Positions 9,362-18,762 of a stretch of 59,501 nt of DNA are shown one piece after another. The notes beneath the pieces are model-generated. The model did not search any database. It was not told where the DNA came from and saw nothing but the letters and a program-made list of their open reading frames with translations. Made by a program: the position numbers and the translations under genes. The stretch is from Clostridia bacterium (GTDB lineage: Bacteria; Bacillota; Peptococcia; Peptococcales; SKKY01): NCBI GenBank assembly GCA_009930175.1, contig RZYW01000002.1, positions 1-59,501 of the forward strand. Reading direction: 5' to 3'. Within the stretch, counting starts at the first letter, position 1; each line of letters begins with the position of its first letter.

Positions 9362-10882
9362 GTGGATAATAAAATATACATTTTTGATACCACATTAAGA
9401 GATGGGGAGCAAACCCCAGGAGTAAGTTTAAATATTAAAGAGAAAATTATTATTGCAAAGCAACTTGATAAGTTAGGTGTAGATTGTATTGAAGCTGGAT
9501 TTCCTATAGCTTCTATTGGAGATTTTGAAGCAGTTAAGGCAGTTGCGGAAGTAGTTCAAAATGCAGAAGTAGCAGGATTAAGCAGAGCGAATTTTGCTGA
9601 TATAGACAGATGCTGGGAAGCAATTAAAAATGCTAAGAGACCTAGAATTCATACTTTTATTGCGACAAGTCCTATTCATATGAAATATAAATTAAAAATG
9701 GAGCCACAAGCAGTAATCGAGGCTGCAGTAAAAGCAGTAAAACATGCAAAAAACTATGTGGAAAATGTTGAATTCTCAGCTGAAGATGCTTTCAGAAGTG
9801 AAGTACCATTTTTATGTGAATTATTTGAGCAAGTAATTGATGCTGGGGCTACAACTATTAATATTCCTGATACAGTTGGATATGCCACTCCAAAAGAGTA
9901 TGGTGCATTTATAAAAAGTATTAAAGAAGGCACCCCAAATATAAACAAAGCCAGAATTAGTGTACATTGTCATAATGATTTAGGGTTAGCTGTTGCGAAT
10001 TCTTTGGCAGCAATCCAAAATGGGGCAACTCAGGTAGAAACAACTGTTAATGGTCTTGGAGAAAGAGCTGGTAACGCTTCCATGGAAGAACTAGTTATGG
10101 CCCTTTTCACAAGAGGAGATTATTACAATAAAGAAACAAACATAATTAAAGAAGAAATTTACAGATCCAGTAACTTAGTTAGCAGACTTACAGGAGTTGC
10201 TATTTCACCAAATAAAGCAATAGTTGGTAAGAATGCTTTTGCTCATGAATCTGGAATTCACCAGGATGGAATGCTTAAAAACAGAGAAACCTATGAAATT
10301 ATGAATCCTGAAATGATTGGGGTTCCTGTAGATACTTTAGTGTTGGGCAAGCATTCTGGCAGAAACGGTTTTAAAGCAAAACTGATGGAGTTGGGTTATG
10401 AAATAGAGGGCGACAGATTAAATGATCTTTTTGCCAGATTTAAAGATTTATGTGATAAGAAAAAAGAAATCCGAGATGAAGACTTAATCGCTCTTGTTGA
10501 TGAAGAAATTCTTAAAGAAGATGAGATATATGAATTTAAGTATCTTCATGTTTCCTCTGGAACAAATATATCAGCAACAGCAACAGTAGGTTTAAAACTT
10601 AATTATGAGCTTATAGAAAAAGCAGAGCCAGGAAAAGGTCCGATTGAGGCTATATATAAAGCAATAAATTCAATTGTAAATGGAGAATTTGTTCTTGAAG
10701 ATTACAAAATAAACTCAATTACCTCTGGAAAAGATGCTCAGGGTGAAGTTTTAACTAAAGTTCGTTATAAAGGCAGAGTCTTTATTGGAAAAGGTGTTAG
10801 TGTTGATATAATTGAGGCCAGCGCCCGTTCCTATGTAAACGGTATTAACAAAGCTTTAAATTACGAAAAAAAATATAGTTAA
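9362..10882 (+). CDS. leuA: 2-isopropylmalate synthase
   Basis: [24 protein letters not shown] and HESGIHQDG motifs, with a C-terminal LeuA dimer/regulatory domain. I place the start at GTG 9362, 9 nt after AGGAGG (9347-9352). The track start at 9326 lies inside the hairpin. Confidence 0.92.
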   Translation: MDNKIYIFDTTLRDGEQTPGVSLNIKEKIIIAKQLDKLGVDCIEAGFPIASIGDFEAVKAVAEVVQNAEVAGLSRANFADIDRCWEAIKNAKRPRIHTFIATSPIHMKYKLKMEPQAVIEAAVKAVKHAKNYVENVEFSAEDAFRSEVPFLCELFEQVIDAGATTINIPDTVGYATPKEYGAFIKSIKEGTPNINKARISVHCHNDLGLAVANSLAAIQNGATQVETTVNGLGERAGNASMEELVMALFTRGDYYNKETNIIKEEIYRSSNLVSRLTGVAISPNKAIVGKNAFAHESGIHQDGMLKNRETYEIMNPEMIGVPVDTLVLGKHSGRNGFKAKLMELGYEIEGDRLNDLFARFKDLCDKKKEIRDEDLIALVDEEILKEDEIYEFKYLHVSSGTNISATATVGLKLNYELIEKAEPGKGPIEAIYKAINSIVNGEFVLEDYKINSITSGKDAQGEVLTKVRYKGRVFIGKGVSVDIIEASARSYVNGINKALNYEKKYS

Positions 10883-10898
10883 TAAGGGATGTGACAAT

Positions 10899-12167
10899 AT
10901 GGGAATGACAATGACTGAAAAGATACTTGCTGCCCATGCAGGCTTAGAATCAGTTAAGCCGGGGGATTTAATAAATGCTAAGACAGATATAGTTCTAAGT
11001 AATGATATAACTGGTCCAGTTGCAATTAGAGAATTCAGGAAACTTGAAACTGAAAAAGTTTTCGATAAAGACAAAGTAGTTATGGTTCCAGACCATTTTG
11101 CACCAAATAAAGATATCCAGTCCGCACAACAGTGTAAAGAGTTAAGAGAATTTGCCATGGAACAAAATTTAACTCACTATTTTGAAGTGGGAAGAATGGG
11201 AGTGGAACATTGTCTTCTTCCAGAACAGGGAATTGTTGGACCAGGGCAGCTTATTATTGGTGCTGATTCTCATACTTGCACCTATGGAGCACTGGGTGCT
11301 TTTTCAACAGGTGTTGGCAGTACTGATGTTGCAGCAGCAATGGCTACAGGAGAAATTTGGCTTAGAGTACCCGAGTCTATTAAGGTTATTGTAAAGAATA
11401 AACCAAAAGATCCATGGGTTTCAGGAAAAGATGTCATTCTTTATCTTATCGGAAAAATAGGAGTTGATGGAGCTCGTTACCAGGCTCTTGAATTTACAGG
11501 GGACGGACTTCAATATATTACTATGGACGGACGCCAGACTATTGCAAATATGGCAATTGAAGCTGGAGCAAAAAACGGCATTTTCCCTGTTGATGAATTA
11601 ACTAAAGCATATATTAAGGACAGGTTTAAGGAAGATTACACTGTGTATGAAAGTGATTCTGATGCAGTTTATTCAATGGAAGTAGAAATTGATCTTGCAG
11701 ATCTTACTCCACAAGTAGCTTTCCCTCATTTACCTTCAAATACAAAGTCTGTTTATGATATTAAAGAAGATATAGTAATAGACCAATCGGTTATTGGTTC
11801 ATGTACTAATGGCAGATTTGAAGATATGGAAATTGCAGCAAATATCCTTAAAGGTAAAAAAGTTGCTCCTCATGTAAGACTTATTGTTATTCCTGGAACA
11901 CAGGAAATATATAAAGAATGTATTAATAAAGGTATTGTTGATATAGTAATAGATGCTGGGGGAGTGTTTAGTACTCCAACCTGCGGACCTTGTTTAGGTG
12001 GATATATGGGAATTCTTGCAAAGGGTGAAAGAGCTGTTTCTACAACAAACAGAAATTTTGTTGGCAGAATGGGTCATGTGGAAAGTGAAGTATATCTAGC
12101 CAGCCCAGCAATTGCAGCAGCTTCAGCAATAACAGGAAAAATCAGTTCACCTGAGGAGGTAAAATAA
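10899..12167 (+). CDS. leuC: 3-isopropylmalate dehydratase large subunit
   Basis: 422 aa of aconitase family type (MTEKILA..., [28 protein letters not shown]). Confidence 0.93.
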   Translation: MGMTMTEKILAAHAGLESVKPGDLINAKTDIVLSNDITGPVAIREFRKLETEKVFDKDKVVMVPDHFAPNKDIQSAQQCKELREFAMEQNLTHYFEVGRMGVEHCLLPEQGIVGPGQLIIGADSHTCTYGALGAFSTGVGSTDVAAAMATGEIWLRVPESIKVIVKNKPKDPWVSGKDVILYLIGKIGVDGARYQALEFTGDGLQYITMDGRQTIANMAIEAGAKNGIFPVDELTKAYIKDRFKEDYTVYESDSDAVYSMEVEIDLADLTPQVAFPHLPSNTKSVYDIKEDIVIDQSVIGSCTNGRFEDMEIAANILKGKKVAPHVRLIVIPGTQEIYKECINKGIVDIVIDAGGVFSTPTCGPCLGGYMGILAKGERAVSTTNRNFVGRMGHVESEVYLASPAIAAASAITGKISSPEEVK

Positions 12168-12662
12168 ATGACTAATTATCAGGGAAAAGCATGGAAAGTT
12201 GGAAATGATGTTGATACTGATTTAATCATTGCTGCAAAATATTTAAACGATGCAAGTGATGAGAATATGAGAGAGCATTGCCTTGAGAATGTTATAGAAG
12301 ATTTTGCTAATGTTATTTCTCCAGGAGATATTCTTGTTGCAGGTAAGAATTTTGGTTGTGGAAGTTCCAGAGAACATGCGCCTATAGCTATTAAGGCGGC
12401 AGGAATTAGTGTTGTTGTGGCAAAAAGTTTTGCTCGTATTTTTTATAGAAATTCAATTAACATTGGTCTTCCTATTGTTACAGCTCCAGAGGCTGTTGAC
12501 GAAATTGACCATGGAGATGAGCTTAAAATTGATGTAGATACAGGAGAACTGGTAAATGTAACTAAAGGTAAAACCTATAAAACAGAGGTTTTCCCTGAAT
12601 TTATTAAAGAAATAATTGCTAAAGGGAATTTGTTAAATTACGTGAAAGGCCAGGTGAAGTAA
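12168..12662 (+). CDS. leuD: 3-isopropylmalate dehydratase small subunit
   Basis: 164 aa with DVDTDLIIAAKYL and GKNFGCGSSREHAP. GGAGGT RBS. Confidence 0.92.
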   Translation: MTNYQGKAWKVGNDVDTDLIIAAKYLNDASDENMREHCLENVIEDFANVISPGDILVAGKNFGCGSSREHAPIAIKAAGISVVVAKSFARIFYRNSINIGLPIVTAPEAVDEIDHGDELKIDVDTGELVNVTKGKTYKTEVFPEFIKEIIAKGNLLNYVKGQVK

Positions 12663-13712
12663 TTGTATAAAATAGCAGTTTTACCTGGTGATGGAATTGG
12701 AAAAGAAATTGTAGATTCAGCTTTAAAAGTACTTTACAAGGTTTCTGAAAAATATAAATTAGACATGTCCTTTGAGGAAGCTTACTTTGGAGGAGCAGGC
12801 ATAGATAAATATGGTAAACCTTTTCCAGATGAGACTTGGGAAATTGTACAAAGGTCAGATGCAATTCTTCTTGGCTCAGTTGGCGGACCTAAATGGGATA
12901 AAGTAGAAAGAACTTTAAGACCAGAAACGGGACTTTTGGAAATAAGAAAAAGACTAGGATTATATTGTAACGTAAGACCAGTAAAATATTTTCCTGTATT
13001 AGCTGATATGGTTGCCTGGAAGCCGGAGTACCTTGAAGGTGTAGATCTTATTATCTTAAGAGAACTAACAGGTGGAGCATATTTTGGTAAAAAAGGCAGA
13101 GAAGGTGACGAAGCCTTTGATACAATTTCCTATTCAAAGGAAGAGATTAAGCGCATAGTTGTTGAAGCTTTTGAAATGGCAATGAAAAGAAAAAAATTAA
13201 TACATTCAATTGATAAAGCCAATGTTTTGGAAACCTCAAGACTTTGGAGAGAAGTAGTTGAAGAAGTAGCCTTTAATTATCCTGAAGTAAAAGTGGAGCA
13301 CTTGTATGTAGATAATGCTTCAATTCAATTAATTATAAATCCAAAGCAATTTGATGTTATTGTAACTGAAAATATGTTTGGAGATATTTTATCTGATGAG
13401 GCAGCAAGTATTGCGGGATCTTTAGGAATGCTTCCTTCAGCAAGCCTTGGCGGGAAAATAAATCTTTATGAACCTGCTCATGGATCTGCTCCAGATATTG
13501 CTGGACAGGATAAGGCAAATCCAATTGCTACTATTTTATCTGCAGCTATGATGCTTAGAAGTTCTTTTAATGAAGATGATATTGCTACAAAAATAGAACA
13601 AGCTGTAGAAAATGTACTGGCTAAAGGTTACGCTACTGGTGATATAGCAGGAAAAGACAGCATAAAAGTTGGTACAGAAGAATTTACAAAACTTGTTTGT
13701 GAAGAAATATAA
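12663..13712 (+). CDS. leuB: 3-isopropylmalate dehydrogenase
   Basis: 349 aa with IAVLPGDGIGKEI, TENMFGDILSDEAA and YEPAHGSAPDIAGQ. TTG start directly after the leuD stop. Confidence 0.93.
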   Translation: MYKIAVLPGDGIGKEIVDSALKVLYKVSEKYKLDMSFEEAYFGGAGIDKYGKPFPDETWEIVQRSDAILLGSVGGPKWDKVERTLRPETGLLEIRKRLGLYCNVRPVKYFPVLADMVAWKPEYLEGVDLIILRELTGGAYFGKKGREGDEAFDTISYSKEEIKRIVVEAFEMAMKRKKLIHSIDKANVLETSRLWREVVEEVAFNYPEVKVEHLYVDNASIQLIINPKQFDVIVTENMFGDILSDEAASIAGSLGMLPSASLGGKINLYEPAHGSAPDIAGQDKANPIATILSAAMMLRSSFNEDDIATKIEQAVENVLAKGYATGDIAGKDSIKVGTEEFTKLVCEEI

Positions 13713-13729
13713 TTAAAGATAAAATTTTA

Positions 13730-13760
13730 GGGCAATGCTTTTAAAAAGCATTGCCCTTTT
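13730..13760. terminator. Bidirectional rho-independent terminator between convergent leuB and the FlhG-like gene
   Basis: GGGCAATGCTTTT pairs with AAAAGCATTGCCC (a perfect palindromic stem). TTTT follows on the + strand, and AAAATTTTA on the left supplies the U-tract for the minus strand. Confidence 0.8.
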
Positions 13761-13766
13761 AATATT

Positions 13767-14837
13767 TTAACGGTTAAAAACTTCCATAAGCCTTTCTGAG
13801 AAGCTCTTTTTAGCGGGAGGTTCAGTATATGGTTTATTAATTATCAAATTGCTAATATTTTCAACACACTTTGAAGCATCACAATCTATTTCGGTAATCA
13901 TAAAGGGCCGGCGTTTTTTTATTGCTCTGCTTACAGCTAAATCTTCCATAATAAATCCATATTTAAGAATTTTTATTTTAAGGTTTTGCCTTGCGACATT
14001 AATAATTTTAGATGAAATAAAATTAGCTTCTTCGGGACTTTCAACTTTATTAATTATTAACTTAATCATTATTTCCGGGTCTGCTTCATCAATTGTTTTA
14101 ATTAAAGCATAAGCATCTGTAATAGAGTGGGGCTCCGGTGTTGTAATAACAAGAACTTCGTTGCTGGCAAGAAGAAAGTTAATTACATTATTTGCAATTC
14201 CAGCTCCTGTATCAATAATTACAAAATCAGCAAATTTTTCAAGTTCACTAAAGCTGTTAATTAACTTATTGAATTTCCAAATATCTATGTTAGCAAGGTC
14301 TTTGAATCCAGAACCACCAGGAATAACGTTAACGCCACCTGGACCTTCAATAACTGCTTCAAGAATACTAATATCATTATCTATAATGTCTTTAATAGTA
14401 TATCTGGAGCGAAGATTCATTAAAATATCGACATTAGCCATTCCCATATCTGCATCTAAAAGGAAGGTGCTGTATCCTTTTTGGCTAAGAGCCACAGCAA
14501 GATTAATTGAAAAGCTGGTTTTACCAACGCCGCCTTTTCCGCTTGCTACAGAGATAAATTTGGTTTTATTTCCTTTTCTGTAAAATGGTTTTTTTATTTT
14601 CAAATACATTTCAGGTGAAATTTGTTTTTCAACTAATTCAGAAATATGTTCTTCACGAGTTCTTTGATTAAATATATAAAACATTGTTCCCTCACTAGGA
14701 AGAACAGGCTGCCCGTTAACGAAAGGAACTTCAAGAAAAATAAAGTCATCGTCGATGCTTACAGCTCTTGTTTTATAAACATCTTTAAATACTGCGTTTT
14801 TTGCCTTGAAAATCAAAGTATCCCCTTGTTGAATCAT
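13767..14837 (-). CDS. MinD/ParA-family ATPase of the FlhG (YlxH) type with an extra ~95-aa N-terminal beta-rich domain
   Basis: Residues ~95-356 align with B. subtilis FlhG/YlxH: deviant Walker A SGKGGVGKTS, LDADMGMANVD, IIDTGAG, ITTPEPHSITDAYALIK, and a C-terminal amphipathic SFSERLMEVFNR. The N-terminal ~95 aa are additional. Confidence 0.8.
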   Translation of the reverse strand: MIQQGDTLIFKAKNAVFKDVYKTRAVSIDDDFIFLEVPFVNGQPVLPSEGTMFYIFNQRTREEHISELVEKQISPEMYLKIKKPFYRKGNKTKFISVASGKGGVGKTSFSINLAVALSQKGYSTFLLDADMGMANVDILMNLRSRYTIKDIIDNDISILEAVIEGPGGVNVIPGGSGFKDLANIDIWKFNKLINSFSELEKFADFVIIDTGAGIANNVINFLLASNEVLVITTPEPHSITDAYALIKTIDEADPEIMIKLIINKVESPEEANFISSKIINVARQNLKIKILKYGFIMEDLAVSRAIKKRRPFMITEIDCDASKCVENISNLIINKPYTEPPAKKSFSERLMEVFNR

Positions 14838-14859
14838 AAAAACACCTCTTAATCTGAAC

Positions 14860-15546
14860 CTAATTTATTTCTTTAGCATAGGAATATGAAGGAACTGAAT
14901 CTATTCCAGGTAAAGAAATTTCAGGGATTGTGTTTATATCTGGATGTATACCGTACAATTTAAGATTATCTATAATTCCTCCTGGCAATTCAATTCCGGT
15001 TTTTAAAACCTGAGGATTGCCGAGAGCCTTTATTGAATATGGAGCATCTAGAAGGTTCGTATTCATAGTCATTTGGTAGGTTTCGTCAGATTGATAAAAA
15101 TACGTTCGTGAAGAAACCCTGATATCATTAACACTAATAGCCTCTGCTCCGGAATTCCAAAGCTCATTTATTATTTTTACCAGATCGGTGTAAATAACAG
15201 GGGAGCTATTATCAATTGTCAAAATTATTCCTGGACCTTTTACAGGAACAGTACTGTTGATTTTTTGAAGGTTGTTAATTTCAGCAGTTAGGTTTTCAAC
15301 AATTACTTTGCTAGAAGAATTTGAATTTTCCAGCTCAAAAAGACGTCTTTCAAGTTCAATTATTTCACTGTCAATTAGTCTTTTCTTGGTAGTAAGTTCA
15401 CGAGCCATTGCTGCAAGATATTCTTGCTCCTGGTTTTCTAAATCACTATATGAACTAACATGGGAGCGGTACTGAGTAGTAGTAAGGATACCAAAAAAGA
15501 ATAAAATTACTGTCAGAGCAATTTGTTTTTTATTCATTATTATCAT
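14860..15546 (-). CDS. DUF881 family protein (YlxW/YlxX-like, division-associated)
   Basis: 228 aa with an N-terminal TM helix, a coiled-coil segment, then VKGPGIILTIDN...NELWNSGAEAISVNDIR, typical of DUF881. The start is either ATG 15546 or ATG 15537. Confidence 0.8.
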   Translation of the reverse strand: MIIMNKKQIALTVILFFFGILTTTQYRSHVSSYSDLENQEQEYLAAMARELTTKKRLIDSEIIELERRLFELENSNSSSKVIVENLTAEINNLQKINSTVPVKGPGIILTIDNSSPVIYTDLVKIINELWNSGAEAISVNDIRVSSRTYFYQSDETYQMTMNTNLLDAPYSIKALGNPQVLKTGIELPGGIIDNLKLYGIHPDINTIPEISLPGIDSVPSYSYAKEIN

Positions 15547-15895
15547 TCCGGTTTATTTTGAAATATTTTGAGATTATATTATGCCTTATTTGAGAAATAT
15601 TGCTAAAAATTCTCACTCCAAAGGCAAATACAGCAGCAAGGTAGAGGTCAACACCAATACTGTCACCAATATATGCAAAGAATCCTGCTACAAGCATATT
15701 TGTGAAAAAACCAGTAATTAGAAGAATTCCTTCAAAGCTTCCATCTTGGATGCTTTTAATACCACCAAAAATTGTATCCAGGGCAGCAAGAAAAGCAACT
15801 GAGAAATATTTAACAAGGTGAGCTGGTATTTCGATATTTAAAAGGTATCCTAGGGCCGCTCCGACAAAAAGACCCAAAAATGGTAAAAACCACAT
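15530..15895 (-). CDS. sbp: Small basic protein Sbp (DUF1290), membrane protein
   Basis: Polytopic small membrane protein lying between two DUF881 genes, as in the B. subtilis ylxW-ylxX-sbp neighbourhood. I chose ATG 15895, 8 nt after GGGAG. The track GTG at 15904 lies inside the RBS. Confidence 0.75.
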   Translation of the reverse strand: MWFLPFLGLFVGAALGYLLNIEIPAHLVKYFSVAFLAALDTIFGGIKSIQDGSFEGILLITGFFTNMLVAGFFAYIGDSIGVDLYLAAVFAFGVRIFSNISQIRHNIISKYFKINRNDNNE

Positions 15896-15911
15896 AATTA
15901 ACACTCCCTGA

Positions 15912-16631
15912 TTAGTTAGCCAATTGAGTATAAGTAAAAGTTATATTGCTTTTGTAACTTGGTACTGTGATAGTTTGGTCTCCAGTGAACAGTTCATAAG
16001 TTATTGGTATTTGAGAAGATTGTAAAAAATCATATTCACTTGAATTAAGAACATATTTCTCAATAAGCATTGGGTTTCCTATTGCTGAAATTTCAAAAGG
16101 AGGGGCAATTCTTGCTGTGTTTACAAGGATTACATTTCCTACGCATCTAATATCAGAACTTGTAATTAGCCTTTGCTCATTAATTGAAATGGCTTCTGCT
16201 CCAGCTCTTTTAATTTCTTCCACCAGAGCTAACAGACTTTCATAGTGGACAATATAATTGTTTGGATTGCTTTCTGGATTGTCTGATAAGCCATCTTTGT
16301 TGTCATCAAGGATAACTTTTATTCCAGGTCCTTGCAAAGGAACAAGTCCAGCCGCTTTTTTTTGGAGAGCCAGCTCATTTCTTAAAGTTTGAATTGCTTT
16401 TTGTTCATCTGAAAGAAGTATTTCTATATTTTCAATTTTTGCTCTCATTTCATTAAGGCGAACTTGATCAGATTCTATTTCAGTTTCAAGATTTTCTATA
16501 ATTTTTACAAGGGAGCTGTTTCTTTGAGGATTGCTTTTAATGTTTGAAATCAGTTGATAATTATAAACTGAAACGAAAAAGAAACCGGATAAAACTGTGA
16601 TAATTGTAAGGACTGCAATATTCTTTTTCAT
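15912..16631 (-). CDS. DUF881 family protein (second paralog)
   Basis: 239 aa with an N-terminal TM helix, a coiled coil, and LQGPGIKVILDD...EIKRAGAEAISINEQR. AGGAGGGG RBS. Confidence 0.8.
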   Translation of the reverse strand: MKKNIAVLTIITVLSGFFFVSVYNYQLISNIKSNPQRNSSLVKIIENLETEIESDQVRLNEMRAKIENIEILLSDEQKAIQTLRNELALQKKAAGLVPLQGPGIKVILDDNKDGLSDNPESNPNNYIVHYESLLALVEEIKRAGAEAISINEQRLITSSDIRCVGNVILVNTARIAPPFEISAIGNPMLIEKYVLNSSEYDFLQSSQIPITYELFTGDQTITVPSYKSNITFTYTQLAN

Positions 16632-16698
16632 GGAACCCCTCCTGTCAAGAAAAAATATTTAAAGCTATTGTTATATTCTATCAAATTTATTGTAATTT

Positions 16699-16707
16699 TG
16701 ATATAAT
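16699..16707 (+). promoter_or_regulatory. Extended -10 promoter element (TGaTATAAT) upstream of cdaA
   Basis: TG at 16699-16700 and TATAAT at 16702-16707. The -35 region is poor (TATCAA). Confidence 0.4.
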
Positions 16708-16736
16708 ATGTTGATAGTTAATATTATATTTGGACG

Positions 16737-17558
16737 GTGGATATTTTGGTAGAGAGATTATTAGGTATAATGTCCTTTGTTAGTTTAATAGATATCATTA
16801 TTGTAGCATTTTTTATTTATAAAATATTCATGCTTATTAAAGATACCCGTGCGGAGCAATTATTAAAAGGACTAATAGTCCTTCTTTTTGCAACGGGGAT
16901 AAGTAAATATCTTGGATTAAGTATGATTAACTGGATACTTGAAAGAGCTCAAACTATTTTATTAGTTGCTCTTCCAATTGTTTTTCAGCCAGAACTTAGA
17001 AGAATGCTTGAAAAAATCGGACGTGGAGGCTTCATTAGTTCTGTAAGTTTCTGGGAAGATAAAAGTGCGGAAGAAACAGTTGATCATATAGTTGGAGCTG
17101 CAATAGATCTTTCGGCAAAAAAAACCGGAGCACTTATTGTAATTGAAAGAAAAATTGGTCTTGCAGACATAATTGAAACAGGAACTGTTCTGGAAGCTAA
17201 AGTCACCAGAGAATTGTTAAAAAATATTTTCTTTCCAAATACTCCCCTTCATGACGGAGCGGTAATTATAAGAAAAAGCAGAATTCAGGCTGCAGGCTGC
17301 TTTCTTCCTCTTACAACCAATTCAAGAGTCAGCAAAGACTTAGGAACAAGACACAGAGCAGCAATCGGTCTTTCAGAGAACTCCGATGCTGTTGTTATTG
17401 CCGTTTCAGAAGAAACAGGCATTATTTCAATTGCTGAAGATGGAGTATTAAAAAGAAACTTTAATGAAAGTGAACTAAAAAAGCATCTGTTAGAAAAAAT
17501 AGATATTGAGCAAAATCAAGGATTAAAAGATATTATTCCCTGGAGGTTTAAAAAGTGA
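16737..17558 (+). CDS. cdaA: Diadenylate cyclase (c-di-AMP synthase), membrane-anchored
   Basis: 273 aa with three N-terminal TM helices plus a DAC domain (GALIVIER, TPLHDGAVIIR, LGTRHRAAIGLSE). The exact start is uncertain (GTG 16737). Confidence 0.9.
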   Translation: MDILVERLLGIMSFVSLIDIIIVAFFIYKIFMLIKDTRAEQLLKGLIVLLFATGISKYLGLSMINWILERAQTILLVALPIVFQPELRRMLEKIGRGGFISSVSFWEDKSAEETVDHIVGAAIDLSAKKTGALIVIERKIGLADIIETGTVLEAKVTRELLKNIFFPNTPLHDGAVIIRKSRIQAAGCFLPLTTNSRVSKDLGTRHRAAIGLSENSDAVVIAVSEETGIISIAEDGVLKRNFNESELKKHLLEKIDIEQNQGLKDIIPWRFKK

Positions 17559-18739
17559 AATCTTCCAAAAAAATATATCAGTTGATGTCTGTGCTTATTG
17601 CCATATCACTTTGGATATATGTTGTTGCTGAAGAAAATATCTTTCAGGAAAGAACCTTTACAGCGGATGTTCAATATGTAAATCTTGAAGAATCATTAAC
17701 CCCCTCTGCAAAAATGCCAACAGTAAATATTAGTATCAGAGGAGATCAGATTGCTATTAATAACTTAAAAGTATCTGATTTCTCAGTTTCTGTTGACTTA
17801 AAAGATGCAAACATGGGAGAAAGCGAATATCCGGTAATTGTTGAAGCTCCTCCAGGAGTTAAGGTTGTTTCTATATCACCCCAAAGTGTTTTTTTAAATA
17901 TAGACGAAAGAGGAGAAAAACCAGTTCCCTTAAAAGTAAATCTGTCAGGGAAAGCAAAAGAAGGTTTTACTGCCTTTGAACCAAGTCTGAAAACAACACA
18001 TGTTACAGTGAGCGGTCCTCTGGAAATGATAAATTCTATAAACTCTGCAGAGGTAGATGTGAATCTTGATAATGCTGAGTCGAATCTTTCCCTAAAATTA
18101 ATTCCCAGAATAAAAGGGGGAAGCAGTGGGATTGTTGATGAAGACATTATTATAATTAAACCTGAATTAGTAGATATATTCATTCCTGTAATAGAAGATA
18201 ATCCAAGTAAATCAGTACCCGTTGTTGTTCCGGTTTCAGGTATCCCAGCTTATGGCTATAAAGTATCAAGAATTGTTGTGGAACCAGAAATTGTAAGAAT
18301 AAGCGGAGCGAACGAAGTAATAGAAAATATTAGAGAAGTAAGAACTACACCAGTTGATGTTACTAACCATAAAGACGAAATACTTCGTGAAGTAACTTTA
18401 AATATTCCCGGGGATATAAAATCTTTATATGAAGATAATCTAAAAGTCGTTATATTATTTGAAAAAAATGTCGTAGAAAAAAGAGTTCAAAAACAACTGG
18501 AAATTAGAAATGCTCCTGAAAATATGGTACTAAAAGCCAGCAACGATGTTATTAGTGTTGTTTTAAAGGGAGATGACCTGGAGTTTAGAGACTTCCTGAT
18601 AGAGAACCTTCATATTTATGTAGATGCAGAAAAATATACTGGAGCTAATCAAGAGTTTGAAATAAAAGTTGAAAAACCTGACAATATAGAAGTTGTAGAA
18701 ATAACTCCAGGAAAGGTTACTTTAACAAGAGAAAATTAA
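17555..18739 (+). CDS. cdaR: CdaA regulatory protein CdaR (YbbR-domain repeats)
   Basis: 394 aa with an N-terminal TM helix and repeated YbbR-like beta modules. GTGA overlap with the cdaA stop. Conserved cdaA-cdaR-glmM order. Confidence 0.85.
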   Translation: MKSSKKIYQLMSVLIAISLWIYVVAEENIFQERTFTADVQYVNLEESLTPSAKMPTVNISIRGDQIAINNLKVSDFSVSVDLKDANMGESEYPVIVEAPPGVKVVSISPQSVFLNIDERGEKPVPLKVNLSGKAKEGFTAFEPSLKTTHVTVSGPLEMINSINSAEVDVNLDNAESNLSLKLIPRIKGGSSGIVDEDIIIIKPELVDIFIPVIEDNPSKSVPVVVPVSGIPAYGYKVSRIVVEPEIVRISGANEVIENIREVRTTPVDVTNHKDEILREVTLNIPGDIKSLYEDNLKVVILFEKNVVEKRVQKQLEIRNAPENMVLKASNDVISVVLKGDDLEFRDFLIENLHIYVDAEKYTGANQEFEIKVEKPDNIEVVEITPGKVTLTREN

Positions 18740-18762
18740 TTTTAAGGAGAACATAGTAGATA

